Origin: Chloroflexota bacterium
Lineage (GTDB): Bacteria > Chloroflexota > Dehalococcoidia > Lucifugimonadales > HRBIN23
Length of the DNA stretch: 51,281 bases
NCBI GenBank assembly: GCA_016210325.1
Contig: JACQUK010000151.1
Span: 1 to 51,281 of the forward strand
Direction: 5' to 3'
Each line of letters begins with the position of its first letter. The stretch's first letter is position 1. Of the stretch, positions 25,620-33,946 are shown in pieces. The position numbers and the translations under genes are program-made. A model generated the notes under the pieces. It saw only the letters and a list, made by a program, of their open reading frames with translations, was not told the DNA's origin and searched no databases.

Positions 25620-28338
25620 CGGCGTCCAGGTCAAGGCCAAGCCAGGCCAGACCATTTTGCAAGCGGCCATTGACGCCGGCGTCTACATCCCATACCTCTG
25701 CTACTTCCCAGGCATGAAGCCCTACGGGGCCTGCCGTGCCTGTCTGGTGGAGGTCGAGGGCGGGCGGGGTGCACCCGCCTCGTGCACCACCCCGGTGGCG
25801 CCCAACATGGTGGTGAAGAGCGACACCCCCTTGGTCAAGGCGCTGCGCAAAGGCGTCCTGGAGCTACTGATGTCCGAGCACCCACACGGGTGTCTCTCCT
25901 GCCATCGCATCGAGCTATGCGGCCCCCAGGACATCTGCCTGCGACACGTGCGGGTGACCGACCGCTGTGTGGTCTGCCCCAAGAACGAGCGGTGCGAGCT
26001 CAAGGACACCGTTCGTCTGGTGGGCATCTCTATGGAGTTGCCCACCAGCTACAACTACCGCAACCTGCCCATTCACACCCAGGACCCCTTCTATGACCGG
26101 GACTACAACCTGTGTATCGTGTGCGCCCGCTGCGTCCGCGCCTGCGACGAGTTGCGTGGCGACGACGCTATTTGCATGGTGGAGCGCTCTGGGAAAGCCC
26201 TGGTGGGCACCTCCCGGGGGACGTCGCTGCTGGAATCGGGCTGCGAGTTCTGCGGTGCCTGCATTGACGTGTGCCCCGTGGGCGCCCTGGTGGAACGTGA
26301 CTACAAGTGGGAGAAGGCTGCCCATTCTGTCTACACGACATGCCCCAACTGCGCAGTGGGCTGCCAGATGAAGCTGGAGGTTGACCGCTGGCAGCGGGTC
26401 ATCCGCGCGGTGGGGGACTGGAACGGCGAAGCAAATCACGGCCAGCTCTGCTACCGGGGGAAGTTCGGACTGGACTTCGCCAACAAGGCCGAGCAGCTCC
26501 ACTACCCACTGGTCCGCCGCGATGGGCGCCTGGTCGAGGCCACCTGGGAGGAAGCGCTGGATGTCATTGCCCAGGGGCTTGCTCCCCACAAGGGCGAAGC
26601 CTATGCCCTCCTGGCCTCGCCTCGTAGCACCAACGAGGACGCCTATGTGGCCCAGAAGTTCGCCCGGACGGTGATGGGTTCCAACAGCGTAGATACATCT
26701 ACAGACAGCCGACCGGAGTTGGTGCTGGGGCTGGCGGACATGCTGGGTGTGCACGCGGCCACGGGCTCCACCTGGCAGTTGCTGGGGGCACGCTGCACCC
26801 TGGTGGTCAACAGCAACACCACCGAAGACCACAATGTGATGGCGGTGCCCATCAAGCAGGCCCATCGTAAGAACGGGCAGAAGGTCATTGTGGTGGACCC
26901 ACGAGAGGTGGAGCTGACCCGCTACGCGGACCTGTGGCTCCGGCCGCGGCCGGGGACCGAGGTGGCCTTGATCGGCGGCATTCTCCGTGCCCTCCTGGAC
27001 GAGAGCCTGGAAGACAAGGACTTCGTCTACAAGAGCTGCGAGGGCATTGAGGAGTTGACCCGTTCCTTGGCACATCTGGACCTGGTCCGGGTAGAGGGGG
27101 TCACCGGAGTACCCCAGGCGAGCATCCGTCAGGCGGCCCGCCTGTTTGCCAAGGAGCGGCCGGGGGCCATCCTCTATGCCCTGGACAACGTGGCGTCGGA
27201 AGACCGGCTGGCGCTGGTCCACGCCCTGGTAGACCTGGCCCTGCTCACCGGCAACGTTGGGAAGCCCTCGTCGGGCCTGTTTCCGCTGCGCAGTGGGACC
27301 AACGAGCAGGGCGCCTGGGATGTAGGCTGTGCGCCGTCCTTCCTGCCAGGCTACCGGCCGGTGGCCGATGCGGCTGCCCGCGACGAGGTGGGCAAGGCCT
27401 GGGGAGCCAGCCTGCCATCGGCTCCTGGCTTGGGCGTAAGGTCGGTGCTGGCGGGCCTCAGGGAAGGGCGTGTGAAAGCGGTCCAGGTGATCGGTGACAG
27501 CCCCACCTTCGATGCTGAGGCCCTGGATGCGCTGTCCCAGGCACAGTTCCTGGTAGTCCACGAGCATTTCCTCTCGGACCTGGCGAAGCGAGCGAATGTC
27601 GTGTTACCCCTGAGCACCTTTGCCCAGGCCCAGGGCAGCTACACCAGCCTGGAGCGCCGGGTGCAGCTTGTGCGACGGGCCCGCTCCGCTCGTGCTGAGG
27701 AGCAGCCCGCCTGGCGGGCACTGGCTCAGCTAGCACAGCGCATGGGGGTCAAGGGCTTCGAGTACCAGGACCCCGGTCAGGTATTCGGCGAACTGGCTGC
27801 GCTAATGCCGGCCTACCGTGGCCTTAGCCATGAGCGACTGAGCAAGGGAGGTGTCCAGTGGCCCTGCCCAGAGGAGGGGCACTCAGGCACCCCGGTCCTG
27901 CTGGCCGAGGGACTCGGTGCGGGCAAGGCCAAGCTGACCCCCGTAGAGTCACCCAAGGCACCCAGGGAGTCGCCCGCCGAATACCCGCTGCTCCTGGCAC
28001 CGGGGCGTGTGCTGGCCCAGACGCAGCGAGAGATGCAGGTGGTCTCTGTAGAAGGACTCAACCGCGTGCAGCGAGACGAGGTGGTTGAGCTCCACCCCAG
28101 CGATGCGGCTGCCCTTGGCGTGGCGGCAGGCGACATGCTGGAGGTGGCAGCCACCTCGGGCGCGCGCATCCGGGCTGTGGCATCCCTCACGGGGCAACTG
28201 CCGGGCGTGGTGAGCATCACCACGCTTTTTGGGCAGCTTGCAAGCCAGCTTCAGGCTAGCAGCGCGCCGGACCGGATGCTTCGGGTGCCTGGCCTGGAGG
28301 TAGTCCCGGTCAGGCTGGAGAAGGTAGCCGCAAGCTAA
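25591..28338 (+). CDS. NuoG/FdsA-like Fe-S subunit with molybdopterin-oxidoreductase-like domain lacking the catalytic Cys/Sec-His
   Basis: N-terminal 2Fe-2S ferredoxin fold (ITFTIDGVQV...CYFPG...CRAC), a His-ligated cluster HPHGCLSCH..C, and two 4Fe-4S motifs (CIVCARCVRAC, CEFCGACIDVCP). The MopB cluster is TTCPNCAVGC. At the FdhF 'VDxCARxC/UH' position the sequence reads VDTSTDSRPE. Confidence 0.8.
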   Translation: MPDEITFTIDGVQVKAKPGQTILQAAIDAGVYIPYLCYFPGMKPYGACRACLVEVEGGRGAPASCTTPVAPNMVVKSDTPLVKALRKGVLELLMSEHPHGCLSCHRIELCGPQDICLRHVRVTDRCVVCPKNERCELKDTVRLVGISMELPTSYNYRNLPIHTQDPFYDRDYNLCIVCARCVRACDELRGDDAICMVERSGKALVGTSRGTSLLESGCEFCGACIDVCPVGALVERDYKWEKAAHSVYTTCPNCAVGCQMKLEVDRWQRVIRAVGDWNGEANHGQLCYRGKFGLDFANKAEQLHYPLVRRDGRLVEATWEEALDVIAQGLAPHKGEAYALLASPRSTNEDAYVAQKFARTVMGSNSVDTSTDSRPELVLGLADMLGVHAATGSTWQLLGARCTLVVNSNTTEDHNVMAVPIKQAHRKNGQKVIVVDPREVELTRYADLWLRPRPGTEVALIGGILRALLDESLEDKDFVYKSCEGIEELTRSLAHLDLVRVEGVTGVPQASIRQAARLFAKERPGAILYALDNVASEDRLALVHALVDLALLTGNVGKPSSGLFPLRSGTNEQGAWDVGCAPSFLPGYRPVADAAARDEVGKAWGASLPSAPGLGVRSVLAGLREGRVKAVQVIGDSPTFDAEALDALSQAQFLVVHEHFLSDLAKRANVVLPLSTFAQAQGSYTSLERRVQLVRRARSARAEEQPAWRALAQLAQRMGVKGFEYQDPGQVFGELAALMPAYRGLSHERLSKGGVQWPCPEEGHSGTPVLLAEGLGAGKAKLTPVESPKAPRESPAEYPLLLAPGRVLAQTQREMQVVSVEGLNRVQRDEVVELHPSDAAALGVAAGDMLEVAATSGARIRAVASLTGQLPGVVSITTLFGQLASQLQASSAPDRMLRVPGLEVVPVRLEKVAAS

Positions 28339-28465
28339 AGCAACTCACGCGCCCTGGCTGTTCCTGACAAAACGCAGTGGTTGTGCGTCGCTTTTCGCCA
28401 CAACTCCGACAACCACAGGCACAAAGACCTATGTGTACCTATGTGTCGAGTGTGAAGGTCCAGAT

Positions 28466-28494
28466 TTGTGCCCCCTTCGTACCCGTCCTACAAT
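28466..28494 (+). promoter_or_regulatory. Promoter TTGTGC-17-TACAAT upstream of the GltD-like gene
   Basis: It lies in the 245-bp lower-GC spacer after the NuoG-like gene. Confidence 0.4.
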
Positions 28495-28583
28495 AATCTA
28501 TGGAGCGAGCTACAGGACCCGGCCCGGGGGTTGAGGCTGTGTGAGAGTCCGCACACGCTTGAGTGTGGACCGAGGTGATAAGG

Positions 28584-30107
28584 ATGGTCCAAGCGCATAG
28601 CAGGAGGCCCGTGCCAAAGGTCGCAGCCCCTCGGATCCTGGCGCCGTGCGTCCGCGAGTGCCCGGCCAATATTGACGTGCCACGGTATATCGGCCTCATC
28701 GAGCAGGGCCGCTTCGCCGAGGCTGTCGCGGTGGTCCGCGAGCGCACACCCCTTCCCTCCATCTGTAGCCACGTCTGCTACCACCCGTGCGAAGCCTTCT
28801 GCCGCCGGGCCTCCCTTGACAGTACGGTCGCTATCAACGCGCTAAAGCGGGCTGCCACCGACCGCGACACCCAGCTCTGGCGGCGCAACTGGCAGACTAG
28901 CATTGCACCCAGCTCCGGCAAGCGGGTTGCCGTGATAGGTTCCGGCCCGGCCGGCCTCACCGCTGCCTACTACCTTGGCAAGGTGTGCGGCCACGCCGTT
29001 ACGGTGTTTGAGGCGTTGCCGCAGCCAGGCGGCCAGCTTCGTATTGGGATTCCAGCCTACCGCTTGCCCAGGAGCGTCCTGGAGGAGGAGATTGCGGTCA
29101 TTGCTGAGACCCGGGTGGGTATCCAGTGCAACTACCGGGTAGAAGCTCTGGACCAGCTCTTTGCTCAGGGCTTCAACGCCGTTTTCGTTGCTACAGGGGC
29201 CTGTCCGCCTAATGCGTTGGGGTGTCCGGGCGAGGAACTGCCTGGGGTGCTCACATGTGTTGACTTGCTGCGGGAGGCCAATCTGGGGGGCCGACCTACC
29301 ATTGGGGAGAAGGTCGCCGTGGTCGGCGGAGGCAACGTAGCCATTGACGGAGCGCGCGTTGCGCTGCGCCTGGGCGCCAAAGAGGTCGCTATTCTCTATC
29401 GCCGGACGCGACAAGAGATGCCAGCCCACGACTTTGAGGTCCACGAGGCGGAGGTAGAGGGCGTTGCCCTGCGCTTCCTTGCAGCCCCACTTCGCATTGA
29501 GCCTGGGAAGTCCAGGCGCTTGCGGGTGGTGCTGCAACAGATGCAGTTGGGAGAACCTGACAGCAGCGGGCGGCGCCGGCCGGTCCCCATCCCTGGCGAC
29601 GTTGCCACCGAGGAAGTAGACACCCTGCTGGTCGCTATTGGCCAGCACCCAGAGGCGCCGGCGTCCTGGGACCTGGAGCTCAACGGTGATGGCACCATTC
29701 GTGTAGACCCCGCCACCTGGATGACCTCCCGGCCGGGGGTCTTCGCTGGAGGCGATGCCGTTAGCGGGCCGGTGAACGTTGTGGAGGCCGTCAGCGCCGG
29801 CCGCCGCGCCGCTGAGGGCATAGACCGTCATCTGGGAGGCGATGGTAACATTGAGGAAGTCCTGGCGCCAACTGAGGCCCAGGCCCTGGACTTCCCAACA
29901 GTCGTGCATCCGGTGGGCAGAGAGGCCGAGCGCATGGTGGCTTTGGAGGCGCAGAAGCGGGTGAGCTCCTTTGCCGAAGTGGAGTTGGGCTACACTGAAC
30001 CCCAGGCCATCGAGGAGGCCCGCCGTTGCATCCGATGCGACCTGTGGCGCTACCGGGGTGTCCCTGCGGTGTGGCCGAAGGGCAAAAAAGTGGCACCTAT
30101 GGCCTAG
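28584..30107 (+). CDS. GltD/NfnB-like NAD(P)H-dependent FAD/Fe-S oxidoreductase
   Basis: CVRECPANIDVPRYI...ICSHVCYHPCEAFC (GltD Fe-S region), RVAVIGSGPAGLTAAYYL, VAVVGGGNVAIDGA, GVFAGGD. ATG 28584 is preferred over GTG 28563. Confidence 0.8.
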   Translation: MVQAHSRRPVPKVAAPRILAPCVRECPANIDVPRYIGLIEQGRFAEAVAVVRERTPLPSICSHVCYHPCEAFCRRASLDSTVAINALKRAATDRDTQLWRRNWQTSIAPSSGKRVAVIGSGPAGLTAAYYLGKVCGHAVTVFEALPQPGGQLRIGIPAYRLPRSVLEEEIAVIAETRVGIQCNYRVEALDQLFAQGFNAVFVATGACPPNALGCPGEELPGVLTCVDLLREANLGGRPTIGEKVAVVGGGNVAIDGARVALRLGAKEVAILYRRTRQEMPAHDFEVHEAEVEGVALRFLAAPLRIEPGKSRRLRVVLQQMQLGEPDSSGRRRPVPIPGDVATEEVDTLLVAIGQHPEAPASWDLELNGDGTIRVDPATWMTSRPGVFAGGDAVSGPVNVVEAVSAGRRAAEGIDRHLGGDGNIEEVLAPTEAQALDFPTVVHPVGREAERMVALEAQKRVSSFAEVELGYTEPQAIEEARRCIRCDLWRYRGVPAVWPKGKKVAPMA

Positions 30108-30110
30108 AAG

Positions 30111-30896
30111 GTGATGGGGCAGGGGGGAGGAGCAGTGCAAGAAGCGAACATCCCGCCAAAAGCGGCTAGTGCTGTTGCTTTATCTACGGGGCTTTCCATA
30201 GCAGAGGTTACGCGGCGCCGGGACGTGACCCATGACCTGTGGGTCGTGTGGCTCCGTCCGAGTCTCCCCTTCACCTTCAAGCCGGGCCAGTACTGCACCA
30301 TCGGCTTAAACGGTGTCGAGCGGGCCTACTCCATCGTCTCAGCGCCGCACGAGCCAGAGCTGGAGGTCTTTATTGAACTGGTCCCCCACGGGGAGCTGAC
30401 GCCTCCGTTGTATACGCTCCAGGTGGGCGACCAGGTGACGTTGCGGCCCCGTGCCAAGGGCATCTTTACCTTGGACCCCAGCTACGTCAGCCATGTGATG
30501 GTGTCTACCGTCACCGGCATTGCTCCTTTTGTCAGTATGTTGCGTGACCACCTGTACCGGGGGCAGAAGGGCCACCGTTTCTACGTCCTGCAAGGGGCCA
30601 GCTATCAGCACGAGTTCACGTACGCTGAGGAGCTGGCCGGAATGGCACGCCAACACCCGGATTTCATCACCTATGTCCCGACGGTTAGCCGCCCGCAGGA
30701 GGCGCCCAACGCTTCCTGGAGTGGCGAGGCTGGCCGGGTCAACCTCCTTGTGGAGCACTACCTGGAGCAGTGGCAGCTTGGCAAGCAGGACACCCTGGTC
30801 TATGCCTGCGGCCACCCTGGCATGATCGAGGACGTCAAGCAGCGCTTCATCCCGCAGGGCTGGAAGGTCAAAGAAGAGCGCTTCTGGAAAGCGTAG
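30111..30896 (+). CDS. Ferredoxin-NADP+ reductase-type flavoprotein (FNR family)
   Basis: FAD-binding RAYSIVS (RxYS), NAD(P)-binding VSTVTGIAPFVSM, and the C-terminal region YACGHPGM. It starts 3 nt after the GltD-like gene. Confidence 0.8.
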   Translation: MMGQGGGAVQEANIPPKAASAVALSTGLSIAEVTRRRDVTHDLWVVWLRPSLPFTFKPGQYCTIGLNGVERAYSIVSAPHEPELEVFIELVPHGELTPPLYTLQVGDQVTLRPRAKGIFTLDPSYVSHVMVSTVTGIAPFVSMLRDHLYRGQKGHRFYVLQGASYQHEFTYAEELAGMARQHPDFITYVPTVSRPQEAPNASWSGEAGRVNLLVEHYLEQWQLGKQDTLVYACGHPGMIEDVKQRFIPQGWKVKEERFWKA

Positions 30897-30927
30897 GCCG
30901 CCATCACCTCGGTCCAGTGGCCTCTAT

Positions 30928-30949
30928 ACCGTGGCCGTAATGCCACGGT
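30928..30949 (+). terminator. 8-bp hairpin ACCGTGGC-CGTAAT-GCCACGGT after the FNR-like gene
   Basis: Read directly from the sequence. No U-tract follows, so its function as a terminator is uncertain. Confidence 0.25.
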
Positions 30950-30987
30950 ACTGCCCCTTGTCTACCCTGGCCTGCCTGTATTTCCCT

Positions 30988-30996
30988 TGCTAGAAT
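30988..30996 (+). promoter_or_regulatory. Extended -10 (TGCTAGAAT) upstream of mutS
   Basis: Read directly from the sequence. The -35 is poor. Confidence 0.3.
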
Positions 30997-31023
30997 GGCG
31001 GTACTCAGCAGAGCGAGTGTAGC

Positions 31024-33648
31024 GTGGAGCGGGAGAGCAGCAAGGGCGAGCCCGGGCGGGCCACCCCCATCTGGCGCCAGTACCAGCGGGTGAAGCGCCG
31101 GTACCCTGACTGCATCCTGCTGTTCAGGATGGGCGACTTCTACGAGACCTTCGGTGAAGACGCACGCGTCGCCGCCCACGAGTTGCAGATCACCCTGACG
31201 GGCCGCCCGTTGGGCAAGGGGCACCGGGAGCCCATGGCCGGTATCCCCTACCACGCCCTGGAAGGCTACCTGGCGCGCCTCATCCGCGCCGGCCACCGGG
31301 TTGCCATCTGTGAGCAGCTCAGCGACCCCGCGGCCTCCAAAGGGCTGGTAGAGCGGGACGTCATTCGGGTGGTCACCCCTGGCACAGTGACTGAGCCAGC
31401 GCTGCTGGAGCAGAAAGCCAACAACTACCTGGCAGCCGTGGTCGCTAGTGGGCTGGAGGCGGGCCTTGCCTACGCCGACATCACCACTGCCGAGTTCGCT
31501 ACGACGCAGCTCCCGCTCGCCCAGCTTCCGCTGGAGCTGGAGCGACTCGCCCCTGCCGAGGTGCTGGCTGTGGAGGAGCTCAAGGGGGCGTTGGCGCTGC
31601 CACGGGTCACCGCCCTGCCGTCACACCTGTTTGACTTGGCCCTGGCTCGGGACGTGCTGCTGGAGCACTTTGGCGTGGCCTCGCTGGAGGGGTACGGCTG
31701 CGAAGGGCTGCCCCTGGCGGTTCGGGCCGCCGGTGCCATCCTCCAGTACCTCAAGGAGACTCAGAAGGGCTTTCTGGGGCGGCTGACTTCGCTGCGGACC
31801 TACAGTACAGGCCAGTTCATGGCCCTGGACCCCCAGACGCGCCGCAACCTGGAGCTGTTCCAGGGTGGAAGATCGGGCAGTGGGCCTTCGCTGTTCTCGG
31901 TGCTGGACTTCACCAGGACGCCCATGGGCGGGCGGCTATTACGACGCTGGCTTGGCCAGCCGCTGCTCGACATAATCAGTCTCCAGCAGCGGCAGGAAGC
32001 GGTGGCCTGGCTGCACGCCAGCAGCCTGCGACGCGAGGCGGTGGCGACTCTCCTGCGCGAGGTGCCAGACCTGGAACGACTGATTAACCGGGTTGGCGCC
32101 GGGACAGCGATGCCTCGGGACCTGTTGGCCCTGAGGCGCGGGCTGGAGGCGGTGCCCAAGGTGCTCGCTTTGTTGGCTGAGGGCGCGGAGGCCGTGGCTT
32201 GGTTGACGGGGCAGGTCAAACCCTGTGCCGAGGTGGTGGCCCTCATCGCCAGTGCCATCGAGGAGGAGCCGAGCACCGCCGTGGGCGAGGGCGGGGTCAT
32301 CCGCGTCGGCTTTTCGACGGAGCTGGACGAGCTGCGACAGGCGGGCCGGAGCGCCCGTGAGTACCTGGCGGGCCTGGAGCGGCAGGAGCGGGAACGCAGC
32401 GGAATCTCCACCCTCAAGGTGGGGTACAACAAGGTCTTTGGCTACTTCATCGAGGTGAGCAAGGCCAACCTGTCCAAGGTGCCGCCGGACTACATCCGGC
32501 GGCAGACACTGACGGGCGCAGAACGGTTCATCACACCGGACCTCAAGGAATACGAGGCCCTCATCTTGAACGCTCAGGAGAGGCTGGCAGAGCTAGAGGG
32601 TACCCTTTTCCGCCAGGTGTGCCGCCAGGTGGCCCAGAGCGCGGAGCGGGTCCTGGCTACGGCAGAAGGGCTGGCCCAGGTAGACGTCTTCTACTCGTTG
32701 GCCGAGGCGGCGGCCCGCCATGGGTACGTGCGCCCCGTCCTGAACGGCGGAGACACCATCGAAATCCACGGCGGCCGGCACCCCATCGTTGAGCGGGCGC
32801 TGCCTGCTGGCAGCTTCGTACCCAACGATACCACGCTGAGCAACAGCGGTTGCCAGGTCCTGGTGTTGACTGGCCCCAACATGTCTGGCAAGTCCACTTA
32901 CATCCGTCAGGTGGCCCTCCTGGTGCTGATGGCCCAGGTGGGCAGCTTTGTCCCCGCCGAGTCGGCACAGGTTGGGCTAGTGGACCGCATCTTCACTCGC
33001 GTGGGGCTCCAGGATGACCTGACCACAGGCCAGTCCACCTTCATGGTGGAGATGTTGGAGACGGCCCAGATCCTGAACCACGCCACGCCCCGCTCCCTGG
33101 TCATCGTGGACGAGATTGGGCGAGGCACCAGCACCTACGATGGCATGGCTATCGCCCGTGCTGTGGTGGAGCACCTGCACAACCATCCGAAGCTGGGGTG
33201 CAAAGCCCTCTTTGCTACGCACTATCACGAGCTGACCCGCTTGGCCGACTACCTCCCCCGGGTGCGCAACTGCAACGTGGCCGTGGTGGAGGAGGGCAAC
33301 CGGGTGGTCTTCTTGCACCGCATTGTACCTGGGGGCGCGGACCGCAGCTACGGGGTCCACGTGGCCCAGCTCGCAGGCCTTCCGCCACCGGTCATCCACC
33401 GCGCCTGGGAGCTGCTCCGAGAGTTGGAGGCATCGGCCCCTGGAGCGGGCCGGGGAGCCAGGAGCGGGCGCAGGGCAGCGGCCCACCAACTCCCTCTCCT
33501 GCAAGGCGCAGGCGATGGGACCTTGCAGGAGCTTCTGGCTGCGCTGCTGAAGCTGGACCTCAACACGCTCTCCCCCCTTGAAGCCCTGAACAGGCTGTTT
33601 GATCTGCAACAAAAAGCTCGTGAGGCGGGGTCCAGCCACAAGCTGTAG
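31024..33648 (+). CDS. mutS: DNA mismatch repair protein MutS
   Basis: TPIWRQYQRVKRRYPDCILLFRMGDFYETF, Walker A GPNMSGKST, DEIGRGTSTYDG, and THYHEL. Confidence 0.95.
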   Translation: MERESSKGEPGRATPIWRQYQRVKRRYPDCILLFRMGDFYETFGEDARVAAHELQITLTGRPLGKGHREPMAGIPYHALEGYLARLIRAGHRVAICEQLSDPAASKGLVERDVIRVVTPGTVTEPALLEQKANNYLAAVVASGLEAGLAYADITTAEFATTQLPLAQLPLELERLAPAEVLAVEELKGALALPRVTALPSHLFDLALARDVLLEHFGVASLEGYGCEGLPLAVRAAGAILQYLKETQKGFLGRLTSLRTYSTGQFMALDPQTRRNLELFQGGRSGSGPSLFSVLDFTRTPMGGRLLRRWLGQPLLDIISLQQRQEAVAWLHASSLRREAVATLLREVPDLERLINRVGAGTAMPRDLLALRRGLEAVPKVLALLAEGAEAVAWLTGQVKPCAEVVALIASAIEEEPSTAVGEGGVIRVGFSTELDELRQAGRSAREYLAGLERQERERSGISTLKVGYNKVFGYFIEVSKANLSKVPPDYIRRQTLTGAERFITPDLKEYEALILNAQERLAELEGTLFRQVCRQVAQSAERVLATAEGLAQVDVFYSLAEAAARHGYVRPVLNGGDTIEIHGGRHPIVERALPAGSFVPNDTTLSNSGCQVLVLTGPNMSGKSTYIRQVALLVLMAQVGSFVPAESAQVGLVDRIFTRVGLQDDLTTGQSTFMVEMLETAQILNHATPRSLVIVDEIGRGTSTYDGMAIARAVVEHLHNHPKLGCKALFATHYHELTRLADYLPRVRNCNVAVVEEGNRVVFLHRIVPGGADRSYGVHVAQLAGLPPPVIHRAWELLRELEASAPGAGRGARSGRRAAAHQLPLLQGAGDGTLQELLAALLKLDLNTLSPLEALNRLFDLQQKAREAGSSHKL

Positions 33649-33946
33649 AGCGGCCCTCTGTCGAGTAGAGGTCTGGTGTGGTTCGCGCGTTCTCGCTCAA
33701 GGCGCCCCGCGGGCGAGGGTCGCTGGAGCAAGGCAGCGTCGCCTGACAGAACCAGGGGTTCCAGGGTCTTCTCGTTTTCACCCCCTCTCTGACTCTCCCC
33801 CTCGCGGGGGCGAGGAGGGTCCCTTCCCTCGTTTCCGGGGGAAGAGCCTGCTGAGGTTCTCGAAGGGTCAGGATGGGAGCGAATGAGCAACGTGGAATAG
33901 GGAGCTAGCTACGAAGAGGCTCAGGTCGGCGACGGCGTGGCGCCAG

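Noticed and set aside
25915-27567. 550-aa ORF on the minus strand. Other long antisense ORFs include 20680-21975, 13548-14600, 37481-38458, 6978-7790, 2070-2954, 17525-19123 and 28842-30140.
   Set aside because: They lie entirely antisense to genes with strong family motifs. They are Arg/Pro/Gly/Ala-rich with no recognisable motifs, the typical stop-poor shadow frames of high-GC DNA.
25591-28338. Annotating the large subunit as a functional (seleno)formate dehydrogenase
   Set aside because: No Cys, Sec (TGA) or His occurs at the catalytic position after the QKFAR..VD block. No fdhD/fdhE or Mo-cofactor genes are nearby. It is called NuoG/FdsA-like with unknown function instead.
28339-28583. 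Possible riboswitch or attenuator in the lower-GC spacer before the GltD-like gene. It has the alternative pairings GTGGTTGT/ACAACCAC and the direct repeat ACCTATGTGT x2.
   Set aside because: There is no match to any riboswitch consensus I can recall. The structures are short, and only a promoter-like signal is reported. The tandem ACCTATGTGT could be an operator but is unsupported.
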